Source: Candidatus Cohnella colombiensis
GTDB lineage: Bacteria > Bacillota > Bacilli > Paenibacillales > Paenibacillaceae
DNA: 64,000 nucleotides
Reading direction: 5' to 3'
Assembly: GCA_029203125.1 (NCBI GenBank)
Contig: CP119317.1
Coordinates: forward strand, 1,704,261 to 1,768,260
The notes beneath the pieces are model-generated. The model saw only the letters and a program-made list of their open reading frames with translations. It made no database searches and was not told the origin of the DNA. Made by a program: the position numbers and the translations under genes. Below, piece after piece: positions 18,223 to 26,513 of the stretch. The first letter of the stretch is position 1, and each line of letters starts with the position of its first letter.

Positions 18223-19911
18223 ATGGCAAGTAAGGCTAGAGCGACAGTCGTATTAGGGGTAATAGCAATTGTCGTGTTTGTGCTCGTGTATGCCGGGATC
18301 AGTGTGACATCCAATTGGGGGAAAACTGAAACTCAAATAACCTCCGAAGATGCAGCCAAACAACTGGAAAAGCTCTATAAAAATATCAATGTTACGACCG
18401 CGCAGCAAATTAAAGGTCAAATTGACCTAGATCCTGTTGTCGTTGCTGATTCATTGCCTGATATCTCAAAATTTTCGATATCGGTACCGAATACGACGGA
18501 TCATTTTATTGAAATATTATCCTCGACGGAAAAGTCAGGAACGGGCAACGATGGTTGGTTAAACGAAGTTGCCGATGCTTTCAACCAAGCCAACATCGTT
18601 GTGAACGGGAATGCGGTATCCGTCAAAATTCGAAACATTGCATCGGGTACAGCTACTGATTATATCCGATCAGGCAAGTATGTTCCGGATGCCTTCACGC
18701 CTTCTAATGAACTATGGGGAGAGATCGTCAAAGCACAAGGGATCCCGATCGAACTTGTCTCGAAGCGTCTTGTTGGCAATGTCGCTGGTGTTGTGATTAC
18801 GAAGAAAAAATATGATGAGATAGTAGAAAAGTACGGTTCAATCAATGTGAAGACGATTACGGATGCGATTGCTGATAATGAATTAGCTATGGGCTATACA
18901 GATCCATTCGCTAGTTCAACCGGCTTGAACTTTTTAGTGACAGCTCTTGCAACTTTTGATAATACGAATCTTCTAAGCGAGAAGGCGATTACTGGGTTTG
19001 AAAAATTTCAAGCAAACGTTCCATTTCTTGCCTCGACCACTTTGCAAATGCGAGATGCAGCGAAAACAGGAATGCTTGATGCATTTGTTTTAGAATACCA
19101 AACCTACCTCAATGCAGCTGACCTTAAATCAGGTTATGTATTCACTCCTTTTGGAGTTAGACATGACAGCCCATTGTACGCCATCGGCGATATCTCTCAA
19201 GATAAGCGCGATATTGTAAAAGAGTTTGCAAAGTTTGTAACGAAAGCTGAAAATCAACGTCTTGCTGAAGAAAAAGGCTTTAATGGACTTGAAGAATATA
19301 AGTCTGAGCTACCAGCCGCTGATGGAACAGTATTATCAGACGCACAAAAGCTGTGGAAGGAAAAGAAAAATGGAAGCAAAACAATCGCCGCCATATTTCT
19401 CGCAGATGTATCAGGGAGCATGAATGGTGAACCACTCACACGACTGAAGGAATCTCTATTAACCGGGCAAAAGTTTTTGGGGAGAGACAATAGCATCGGA
19501 TTCGTTTCATATTCCAGTGACGTTACGATCAATCTTCCGATTGGGAAGTATGACACGAATCAACAGTCCATGTTCGTCGGAGCTGTCAACAGTCTTCAAG
19601 CGAACGGCGGTACAGCAACCTTTGACGGAATTGTAGTTGCAATTAAGCTGCTTCAAGATGAAATTGCACTTCACCCAGACGTAAAACCACTGATCTTTGT
19701 TTTAAGCGATGGTGATACAAATGAGGGGCATTCGCTTAAGGATATAAAGGGACTCATTGAAACTTACAAAATTCCCATATACACGATTGGTTATAACGCC
19801 AATATTCAAGCGCTTCAAAGTATATCTAGCCTGAATGAAGCTGCGAGTATTAACGCCGATACAGACGATGTCGTATACAAAATCAGCAACTTGCTCAATG
19901 TTCAAATGTAG
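18223..19911 (+). CDS. membrane-anchored vWA-domain protein with a large N-terminal extracytoplasmic domain
   Basis: N-terminal TM helix. The C-terminal vWA domain has the MIDAS motifs DVSGSM, GGTATFDG and SDGDTNEG. Confidence 0.8.
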   Translation: MASKARATVVLGVIAIVVFVLVYAGISVTSNWGKTETQITSEDAAKQLEKLYKNINVTTAQQIKGQIDLDPVVVADSLPDISKFSISVPNTTDHFIEILSSTEKSGTGNDGWLNEVADAFNQANIVVNGNAVSVKIRNIASGTATDYIRSGKYVPDAFTPSNELWGEIVKAQGIPIELVSKRLVGNVAGVVITKKKYDEIVEKYGSINVKTITDAIADNELAMGYTDPFASSTGLNFLVTALATFDNTNLLSEKAITGFEKFQANVPFLASTTLQMRDAAKTGMLDAFVLEYQTYLNAADLKSGYVFTPFGVRHDSPLYAIGDISQDKRDIVKEFAKFVTKAENQRLAEEKGFNGLEEYKSELPAADGTVLSDAQKLWKEKKNGSKTIAAIFLADVSGSMNGEPLTRLKESLLTGQKFLGRDNSIGFVSYSSDVTINLPIGKYDTNQQSMFVGAVNSLQANGGTATFDGIVVAIKLLQDEIALHPDVKPLIFVLSDGDTNEGHSLKDIKGLIETYKIPIYTIGYNANIQALQSISSLNEAASINADTDDVVYKISNLLNVQM

Positions 19912-19938
19912 CTTTGGAACTCATGAGGAGGGGTAATA

Positions 19939-21078
19939 TTGTCATTTTCAATGGATGTCGTCAAACCTGAAGAAATTCGCTCAACGATTGAAGCAGAGGT
20001 AAAGCCTGAGCCTGAAGAAGTACAACAGCTTAAAGCATTAGCCGCAAACAATGTGTCATTGATTCTTGAAATGGACATCGAGTCCGTCGAAAAAAGGCAA
20101 GAGGTATTGCAATCGATTGATCGATTCGGAATGAACTCGATGCGGTCATCTTCAGAAAAAAATTCACTCCTGCAAGTTTCAGTCGGAAATTTATCGAAGA
20201 CAGGCGATGAGGGTGGTCAAGTCGCCAAAGGATTAACCGAGCTACAGCTTCAATTGAAGGATTTGGATCCAAGTGTAGTGGATTTTGCCAAGAGTGGTTT
20301 TCTAGGTAAGTTTTTCAATCCTTTGCGAACTTATTTTGCCAAGTACCAAAAAGCAGATTCTATGATCTCAGATATTATTACATCCTTAGATAAAGGGAAG
20401 ACCGTCTTAAAAAATGACAACACCACATTGGAGTTTGAGCAACAGGCGCTACGGGAGCTTACGAAAAAACTGCAAAAGGAAATTCAACTGGGTGTGCTCA
20501 TGGATGAAGAAATTGAGTCTCAGATTGAAGCTGCAAAATCGCGGAATGAAACTGAGGATAAGATCCGATTCATCACAGAGGAAGTATTGTTTCCGCTGCG
20601 CCAACGTGTCATGGACCTGCAACAAATGATGGTCGTCAATCAACAGGGGATTATGGCAATAGAAGTCGTTATTCGAAATAACAAAGAACTCATCAGAGGT
20701 GTAGATCGAGCTAGGAATGTGACCTTTTCGGCACTAAAAATTTCTGTAACCGTCGCAAGTGCGCTTTACAATCAAAGAATTGTTTTAAAGAAGATCGAAC
20801 TGCTCAATCATACGACTGACACTCTTATTAGCGGCACTTCAAAAATGCTAAAGGATCAAGGCGCTGCCATACACAAGCAATCGCTTGAAACGAGTATTTC
20901 TGTTGATACGCTAAAGCAGGCTTTCACAGATGTGTTATCCGCTCTCGATTCTATCAGCACCTATAAACAGGAGGCACTGCCGAAGATGCGAGAGACAATT
21001 AATCAGTTCAGGGAACTGGCAGATTCGGGAGAACAACAAATACAGCGCTTGGAAAAGGGCCACAAGCTGGGGTTATAA
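19939..21078 (+). CDS. TelA / toxic-anion-resistance family protein (YaaN-like)
   Basis: 379-aa all-helical protein. Length and sequence pattern resemble TelA/YaaN. TTG start follows an AGGAGGGG RBS. Confidence 0.7.
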   Translation: MSFSMDVVKPEEIRSTIEAEVKPEPEEVQQLKALAANNVSLILEMDIESVEKRQEVLQSIDRFGMNSMRSSSEKNSLLQVSVGNLSKTGDEGGQVAKGLTELQLQLKDLDPSVVDFAKSGFLGKFFNPLRTYFAKYQKADSMISDIITSLDKGKTVLKNDNTTLEFEQQALRELTKKLQKEIQLGVLMDEEIESQIEAAKSRNETEDKIRFITEEVLFPLRQRVMDLQQMMVVNQQGIMAIEVVIRNNKELIRGVDRARNVTFSALKISVTVASALYNQRIVLKKIELLNHTTDTLISGTSKMLKDQGAAIHKQSLETSISVDTLKQAFTDVLSALDSISTYKQEALPKMRETINQFRELADSGEQQIQRLEKGHKLGL

Positions 21079-21191
21079 TGCTATAATAAGTACGCCAAAC
21101 TCATATTTTACGTACTTTCGGTTTTAAACGGTTTAATAAACCATTAACATCTACTAACTAGATAACATCGAGTAGAAATTACATAATAAGA

Positions 21192-22121
21192 ATGGATGAA
21201 ATGGAAATGTATAGAAATCACATCGTAGAAGAGGTTTATTCGTTACAACTTGAAGCATTCACAATTTGGATGAAGCAATCAGGTTATTCACTAACAACAG
21301 AAAAAGAGTATTTGAGAGAAGTTCGAGACTATTTAAGCACATTAAATGAAATACCCATACAACAATCGAAGAAGATGAACGTTGTCGCGTTTTTAGTATC
21401 TAAACAGAGAACGTCGGGAGACAAAACGAGAAATCGCACTTTGTCAGCGATCAGATCCTTCTATACTGCACTAATCGATTTTGAGCTCACAACGACAAAC
21501 CCGGCATTAGAAGTGAAAAAATCTAAAACAGAGAAGCATAGAAATCCAGTATATTTGGATCAATCAGAGCTTGAGAAAGTACTCACTTATGTTGAAGGAC
21601 GTTATCGTGATCGCAATTTAGCGTTATTTCTTCTTATGGCATATTGCGGTTTGCGAGTAGGTGAAGTTCATCGGATTAATCTATCACACTTTAAGAAGGG
21701 TAAAGGGACTTTAGAGGTGCTTGGAAAGGGGAGAAAGTGGAATGAAATTCCACTGCCACCTCTATTAATCCAATATCTCACGAAAGTTGAAGAGGAGCGA
21801 ATTCAGCCGTACCGTGAAAAGGAAGAAGCGATGTTCGTCTCTCAGAAGGGAAGAAGGCTCTCGATCCGACAAATTCAAAAAATCATTACACAAGTATTCG
21901 AAGGATATAAGAAGAAGCATCCATATAATGCTGATTTGAAGCTGTCTTGTCACAAGCTTCGTCACTCCTTCGCGACGATGCTACTGAATCATAATGTGGA
22001 CATCCGTGTCGTAAAAGAGCTTCTTGGTCACGCTTCAATCGAAACGACGATGATCTATACTCATATTAATGATGAACAAAAGCGTAGTGCCATGACGATG
22101 ATTAATATTCCGCAAACATGA
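21192..22121 (+). CDS. tyrosine recombinase / phage-integrase family (XerC/D-like)
   Basis: N-terminal SAM-like core-binding domain. Catalytic residues lie in [15 protein letters not shown] and [14 protein letters not shown]. The gene is visibly more AT-rich than its neighbours. Confidence 0.88.
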   Translation: MDEMEMYRNHIVEEVYSLQLEAFTIWMKQSGYSLTTEKEYLREVRDYLSTLNEIPIQQSKKMNVVAFLVSKQRTSGDKTRNRTLSAIRSFYTALIDFELTTTNPALEVKKSKTEKHRNPVYLDQSELEKVLTYVEGRYRDRNLALFLLMAYCGLRVGEVHRINLSHFKKGKGTLEVLGKGRKWNEIPLPPLLIQYLTKVEEERIQPYREKEEAMFVSQKGRRLSIRQIQKIITQVFEGYKKKHPYNADLKLSCHKLRHSFATMLLNHNVDIRVVKELLGHASIETTMIYTHINDEQKRSAMTMINIPQT

Positions 22122-22146
22122 ATGCCACTCGCGATGTACAACTGAA

Positions 22147-22187
22147 CCGAGAGAAGGACACTTTTAGAGTGTCTCTCTCGGTTTTTT
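22147..22187 (+). terminator. rho-independent terminator after the recombinase gene
   Basis: CCGAGAGAAGGACAC / GTGTCTCTCTCGG stem followed by TTTTTT. Confidence 0.85.
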
Positions 22188-22289
22188 GCATGGATTACAC
22201 TAGCCGTTCATATATTGGAATTACAACTTCTTGTCCTAGTCATCGTATACTTGGCCGAATTCGAATTTCGATTAGGAGGCTTCTATCTC

Positions 22290-23387
22290 TTGGAACATCT
22301 ATCCATTATGGGCATAGGCACAGCCGTACCGGCTTATTGTCTGGATCAAGAAGACGCTGTGCGCCGAATGAAGCAAGCTTTGAAGGATCGTCCTGAAGAT
22401 GCGAAATGGATGCATCGAATTTTTACTCATTGCGGTGTGAATACACGATATACATGTGAACCCAACCTTCTTGAACGTGCGGATCTTTGCCGTTATGTTC
22501 CCACGACACAGGATACCAATATCCCAACGACTGATGAACGTATGTCCATCTATCAGAAAGAATCTGTTGGATTGGCGCTAGAAGCAGCTCAAAAGGCACT
22601 TGAAGACAGCGGGAATCACCCAAGCGATATTACACATCTGATTACAGTAAGTTGCACGGGTTTATTTCTTCCAGGGCTCGATGCAGAGCTGAGCTGGCAC
22701 CTTGATCTTCGTAGTGATGTACAACGAATTCCGTTAACTTTTATGGGCTGCGCTGCTGGCTTGACTGCACTACGGGTTTCAGAACAGATCGTTCGAAGTA
22801 ATCCGAACGCGACAGTGCTCGTAGTTACAGTGGAATTGTGCAGTCTACATATCCAACCTTCTTTTGAAAAAGAACAACTCTTTACCGCTGCATTTTTCGG
22901 TGACGGTGCTTCAGCATGTGTAGTCGGGACGGCGGATCTTGCAAACAAGGGTATGTTAACGATCCACAAAGCCCAAGAGGTCATCATTCCGAATACTTCA
23001 ACAAAAATGAAATGGACAGTCGGAAATTACGGCTTTCAACTGCAGCTTTCTCCAGAGATACCGCGTATCATCGCTAAAGAAGTGCCGGATGTATTTCGTT
23101 TGTTCTGGGAAGATGAGTCATTGCCAGATTTATGGGCGATTCATCCAGGAGGTAGAGGGATTATCGATTCTCTTCAAGCAAGTTTCGATCTTACTGATGC
23201 ACAAACGGAATCTAGTAGATCGATCCTACACCGATATGGCAATATGTCCTCAGCCACCATTTTGTTTGTGCTGGCTGACATAAGACAACGCTTGCTCGAC
23301 AATGCGGAAGGCGATAAAGATGGCATCGCGCTAGCATTCGGACCCGGTATCACAGCTGAATTGATCCGCTTTTCGTATCATCCATGA
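22290..23387 (+). CDS. type III polyketide synthase (chalcone/stilbene synthase superfamily)
   Basis: Cys-His-Asn triad contexts FMGCAAGLTALR, WAIHPGGRGIID and YGNMSSATILFVL, plus GFGPG-like AFGPGITAE. An AGGAGG RBS (22274-22279) favours TTG 22290 over the ORF-track start at 22215. Confidence 0.9.
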   Translation: MEHLSIMGIGTAVPAYCLDQEDAVRRMKQALKDRPEDAKWMHRIFTHCGVNTRYTCEPNLLERADLCRYVPTTQDTNIPTTDERMSIYQKESVGLALEAAQKALEDSGNHPSDITHLITVSCTGLFLPGLDAELSWHLDLRSDVQRIPLTFMGCAAGLTALRVSEQIVRSNPNATVLVVTVELCSLHIQPSFEKEQLFTAAFFGDGASACVVGTADLANKGMLTIHKAQEVIIPNTSTKMKWTVGNYGFQLQLSPEIPRIIAKEVPDVFRLFWEDESLPDLWAIHPGGRGIIDSLQASFDLTDAQTESSRSILHRYGNMSSATILFVLADIRQRLLDNAEGDKDGIALAFGPGITAELIRFSYHP

Positions 23388-24124
23388 AGTGGGGAAGTCG
23401 ATTTCAACAGCGCTCATCAAAACTCGAGCTTATGGATGATTTTGTAGTAGGTGGAGAACCGCTTCGACATGCTTTACGCCAGTTGCGGACATTAAACCGA
23501 ATTTTCGGAGCTTCAGGTCCAGTATTATACGGAGTCAAGCGCCTTTGGAAGCAATCGGGAACACCTGGCAGCTTAAGCATTCTTGATGTTGGTTCGGGTT
23601 CTGGGGATATTAATCGACATCTACTGAAATGGGCTGACAAACAAGGTGTTCAACTCAAAGTGACTTTAGTGGATGTAACTGACGAAGCTCGAGCCGAGGC
23701 TGAGAGTCTCTTCCGAGATGATCCACGGGTCGAGTTTGTTAAACAAGATCTATTTTTCTTGGGTAACCTTCAAGTGGATGTCGTAACTGCCTCCCAATTC
23801 ATTCATCATTTTCCGCCCGAGCGTTTGCCGTCCATCATTATGCAGATGCTGACTCATTCCCGAATTGGCGTAGTAATTAATGACATTAATCGTCATTGGA
23901 TAGCGTGGATAGCCGTTTGGATGACAACCAGACTTATGTCCCGTAATCGTTATATTCGGCATGACGGTCCATTATCCGTAGCTAAAGGTTTTCGTCGTGC
24001 GGATTTCCACAAAATTTCCAACAAACTGGGAATAACGAATATGATCTGCAGCTGGAGACCGCTTTTTCGTTATGCCGTGATGTTTCCTAAACAAGAAACG
24101 GGAGGCCAGTTTGATGAGAACTGA
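23384..24124 (+). CDS. class I SAM-dependent methyltransferase
   Basis: Motif I ILDVGSGSGD. The ATGA start overlaps the PKS stop. Confidence 0.8.
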   Translation: MKWGSRFQQRSSKLELMDDFVVGGEPLRHALRQLRTLNRIFGASGPVLYGVKRLWKQSGTPGSLSILDVGSGSGDINRHLLKWADKQGVQLKVTLVDVTDEARAEAESLFRDDPRVEFVKQDLFFLGNLQVDVVTASQFIHHFPPERLPSIIMQMLTHSRIGVVINDINRHWIAWIAVWMTTRLMSRNRYIRHDGPLSVAKGFRRADFHKISNKLGITNMICSWRPLFRYAVMFPKQETGGQFDEN

Positions 24125-25250
24125 CTTTGACGCCATCGTGATCGGAGCAGGCGTTGCCGGAAGTTCGATGGCCATTTCATTGGCCAGGCAGGGCTGGCAG
24201 GTCGCACTTATCGATAAAGACTCGTTTCCTCGCCACAAAGCTTGTGGTGAGTTTCTGTCGCCTGAATCTATAGTGTCGTTAAAAGCACTTGAATTGGACA
24301 GTGTTATAGATGAGTTTAGACCACCCGTAATCACAACGGCATGCTTACATACGGAAAGCGTATCACTCAGTATTGCTTTACCTGGTACAGCTATCGGGTT
24401 GAGCCGTTACTCATTAGATTCCTGGCTACAGCAAAAAGCTTTTGAAATTGGGGTTCAAGTGTATACGGGGAGCACGGTGTCAGCGATCGTTGAGACTATT
24501 ATTGGCTATGTTGTTGAAATCTCGTCCAAGGAGGGAAGAGTGCAGCTCTCTTCACGTACTGTGATTGCGGCGTGGGGTCGGCGCCCTTTGAACCGATTAC
24601 AAGCTGCCAGTCAGAAATCTAGCAGCAGAACTTATATCGGTATTAAATCACACTTTACATGCTCTGATTGTGAGCCTATCGTCGATCTTTACTTTTTTCA
24701 AGGTGGCTATTTCGGCATTTCTCCCATAGAAGGAGGACGCTTGAATGTTGCAGCACTCCTGACACATGACACTTTTCATACACTCGGAAGCCCTAATTCC
24801 GTTCAAAGAATTATGGAATATGCTGCAAAGCAAATTCCCGCTCTTCATAGTAGGTTAGAGAGCATCGATCTTGTACCTGGAACACAAGCGGCTACGTCCC
24901 CAGTTATCATTCGTCCTCAGCCTATCGCATGGAATGAGATCGCATGTATTGGCGATGCGGTTGCGGTGATTCCACCTTTTTGCGGAGATGGAATGTCAAT
25001 GGCGCTTCGTTCAGTTGAGCTATGTTCCCCCCTTGCTAACGCCTACCTCAGGGGAGATTGCACGAAAACAGAGTGGAGAAATACTTATACAGAGCAGATC
25101 AAGCATCAGTTTTCTAATCCCCTCAGATGGGGTCGCATCCTTGATCGCCTACTAACAAATCGTAAACTTTCTCCTATATTGCTCCGATTAGGAACATTTG
25201 CACCCGGGATAGCAGAAAAAATGGTTCGAGCGACTAGAGTACGCGGCTGA
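24111..25250 (+). CDS. FAD-dependent oxidoreductase / hydroxylase (geranylgeranyl-reductase-like family)
   Basis: DAIVIGAGVAGS dinucleotide fold, CGEFLSP motif and GDAV..PPFCGDGM. Overlaps the methyltransferase stop. Confidence 0.8.
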   Translation: MMRTDFDAIVIGAGVAGSSMAISLARQGWQVALIDKDSFPRHKACGEFLSPESIVSLKALELDSVIDEFRPPVITTACLHTESVSLSIALPGTAIGLSRYSLDSWLQQKAFEIGVQVYTGSTVSAIVETIIGYVVEISSKEGRVQLSSRTVIAAWGRRPLNRLQAASQKSSSRTYIGIKSHFTCSDCEPIVDLYFFQGGYFGISPIEGGRLNVAALLTHDTFHTLGSPNSVQRIMEYAAKQIPALHSRLESIDLVPGTQAATSPVIIRPQPIAWNEIACIGDAVAVIPPFCGDGMSMALRSVELCSPLANAYLRGDCTKTEWRNTYTEQIKHQFSNPLRWGRILDRLLTNRKLSPILLRLGTFAPGIAEKMVRATRVRG

Positions 25251-25268
25251 ATAGGACGGAGATAGGGG

Positions 25269-26513
25269 ATGCATATGAAACAAAGAGTGGTAGTTACAGG
25301 GATGGGTTGCGTTACACCAATTGGTTTAGACAAGACATCCACCTGGATTAATGCGATGGACGGCGTTTCGGGTATCCAGACGATTTCGAATGATCGCACA
25401 GATGAATTGCCAGTTAAGCTTGTCGCAGAAATTAAGGATTTTCAACCTTTATTGTATATGGACGTTAAAGAAGCGAGAAGAACCGACCGTTTTGTACAGC
25501 TTGCAATTGCTGCAGCCGATGAAGCTGTACAGGATAGTGGCCTAGTTATCGGACATAATGCAGACCCTCTCCGTACAGGAGTGTGGTTAGGCAGTGGAGT
25601 TGGCGGCATAATGACCTTCGAGAAGGGGATGCGAGATGTATTGCAGCATGGCTATGGACGCGTGTCTCCATTTGCACTGACGATGTTCCTTCCTAACATG
25701 GCATCAAGCCGTATTGCCATTCGAACAGGTGCTAGAGGAATTACGGGCTGTACAGTATCGGCATGTGCATCGGGATCTCAGTCCATAGGTGAAGCATTCA
25801 GAGCAATCCAAAGGGGTGATGCAGAGGTCATGATTACGGGTGGTGCAGAAGCTCCAATCTGCTCTATCGGATTAGCCTCGTTTTCCGCGATGCGAGCTTT
25901 GTCCTTACAGACAGAGCCCTCGCAAGGGAGTCGCCCATTTGACAAAAGACGCGACGGATTCGTAATGGGAGAAGGTGCTGGCGTTCTCATATTGGAATCA
26001 TGGGAGCACGCTAAAGCCCGCGGAGCACGAATTTATGCTGAGCTAAGTGGTTATGGATCCTGCGGAGAAGGTTATCATATCGCTGCTCCGCGTCCTGACG
26101 GAAGTGATTGGGCAAGAGCGATAACGTTAGCGATGGAAGATGCTTCGTTAACCTCAGATGAGATTCAGTATATCAATGCTCATGGCACAAGTACGCATCT
26201 CAATGATTTGATCGAAACGAATGCCATTAAAACCGCATTTGGGCAATATGCTTACGATGTAAGTATCAGCTCTACGAAATCGATGACCGGTCATCTCCTT
26301 GGGGCATCGGGTGCAGTGGAAGCGATCTTGTCCATTCTCTCACTAAGAGATAACATTATACCACCAACAATCAATTATAAGGAGCAGGATGATGATCTGG
26401 ATTTGAATTACACGCCTGTTGTGTCTAGACAGAGGCAAGTGGATACGGTTATGTCGAATACGTTTGCCTTCGGTGGACATAACGCCGTACTGATTTTTAG
26501 CAAAATCGGATGA
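25269..26513 (+). CDS. beta-ketoacyl-ACP synthase II (FabF-like)
   Basis: Cys-His-His contexts VSACASGSQ, NAHGTSTHLND and KSMTGHLLGASG; 414 aa. An alternative start is ATG 25275. Confidence 0.9.
   Translation: MHMKQRVVVTGMGCVTPIGLDKTSTWINAMDGVSGIQTISNDRTDELPVKLVAEIKDFQPLLYMDVKEARRTDRFVQLAIAAADEAVQDSGLVIGHNADPLRTGVWLGSGVGGIMTFEKGMRDVLQHGYGRVSPFALTMFLPNMASSRIAIRTGARGITGCTVSACASGSQSIGEAFRAIQRGDAEVMITGGAEAPICSIGLASFSAMRALSLQTEPSQGSRPFDKRRDGFVMGEGAGVLILESWEHAKARGARIYAELSGYGSCGEGYHIAAPRPDGSDWARAITLAMEDASLTSDEIQYINAHGTSTHLNDLIETNAIKTAFGQYAYDVSISSTKSMTGHLLGASGAVEAILSILSLRDNIIPPTINYKEQDDDLDLNYTPVVSRQRQVDTVMSNTFAFGGHNAVLIFSKIG

Noticed and set aside
22118-22396. 92-aa ORF following the recombinase gene
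   Set aside because: It reads straight through the recombinase terminator hairpin and into the 5' end of the PKS gene in another frame. It has no RBS.
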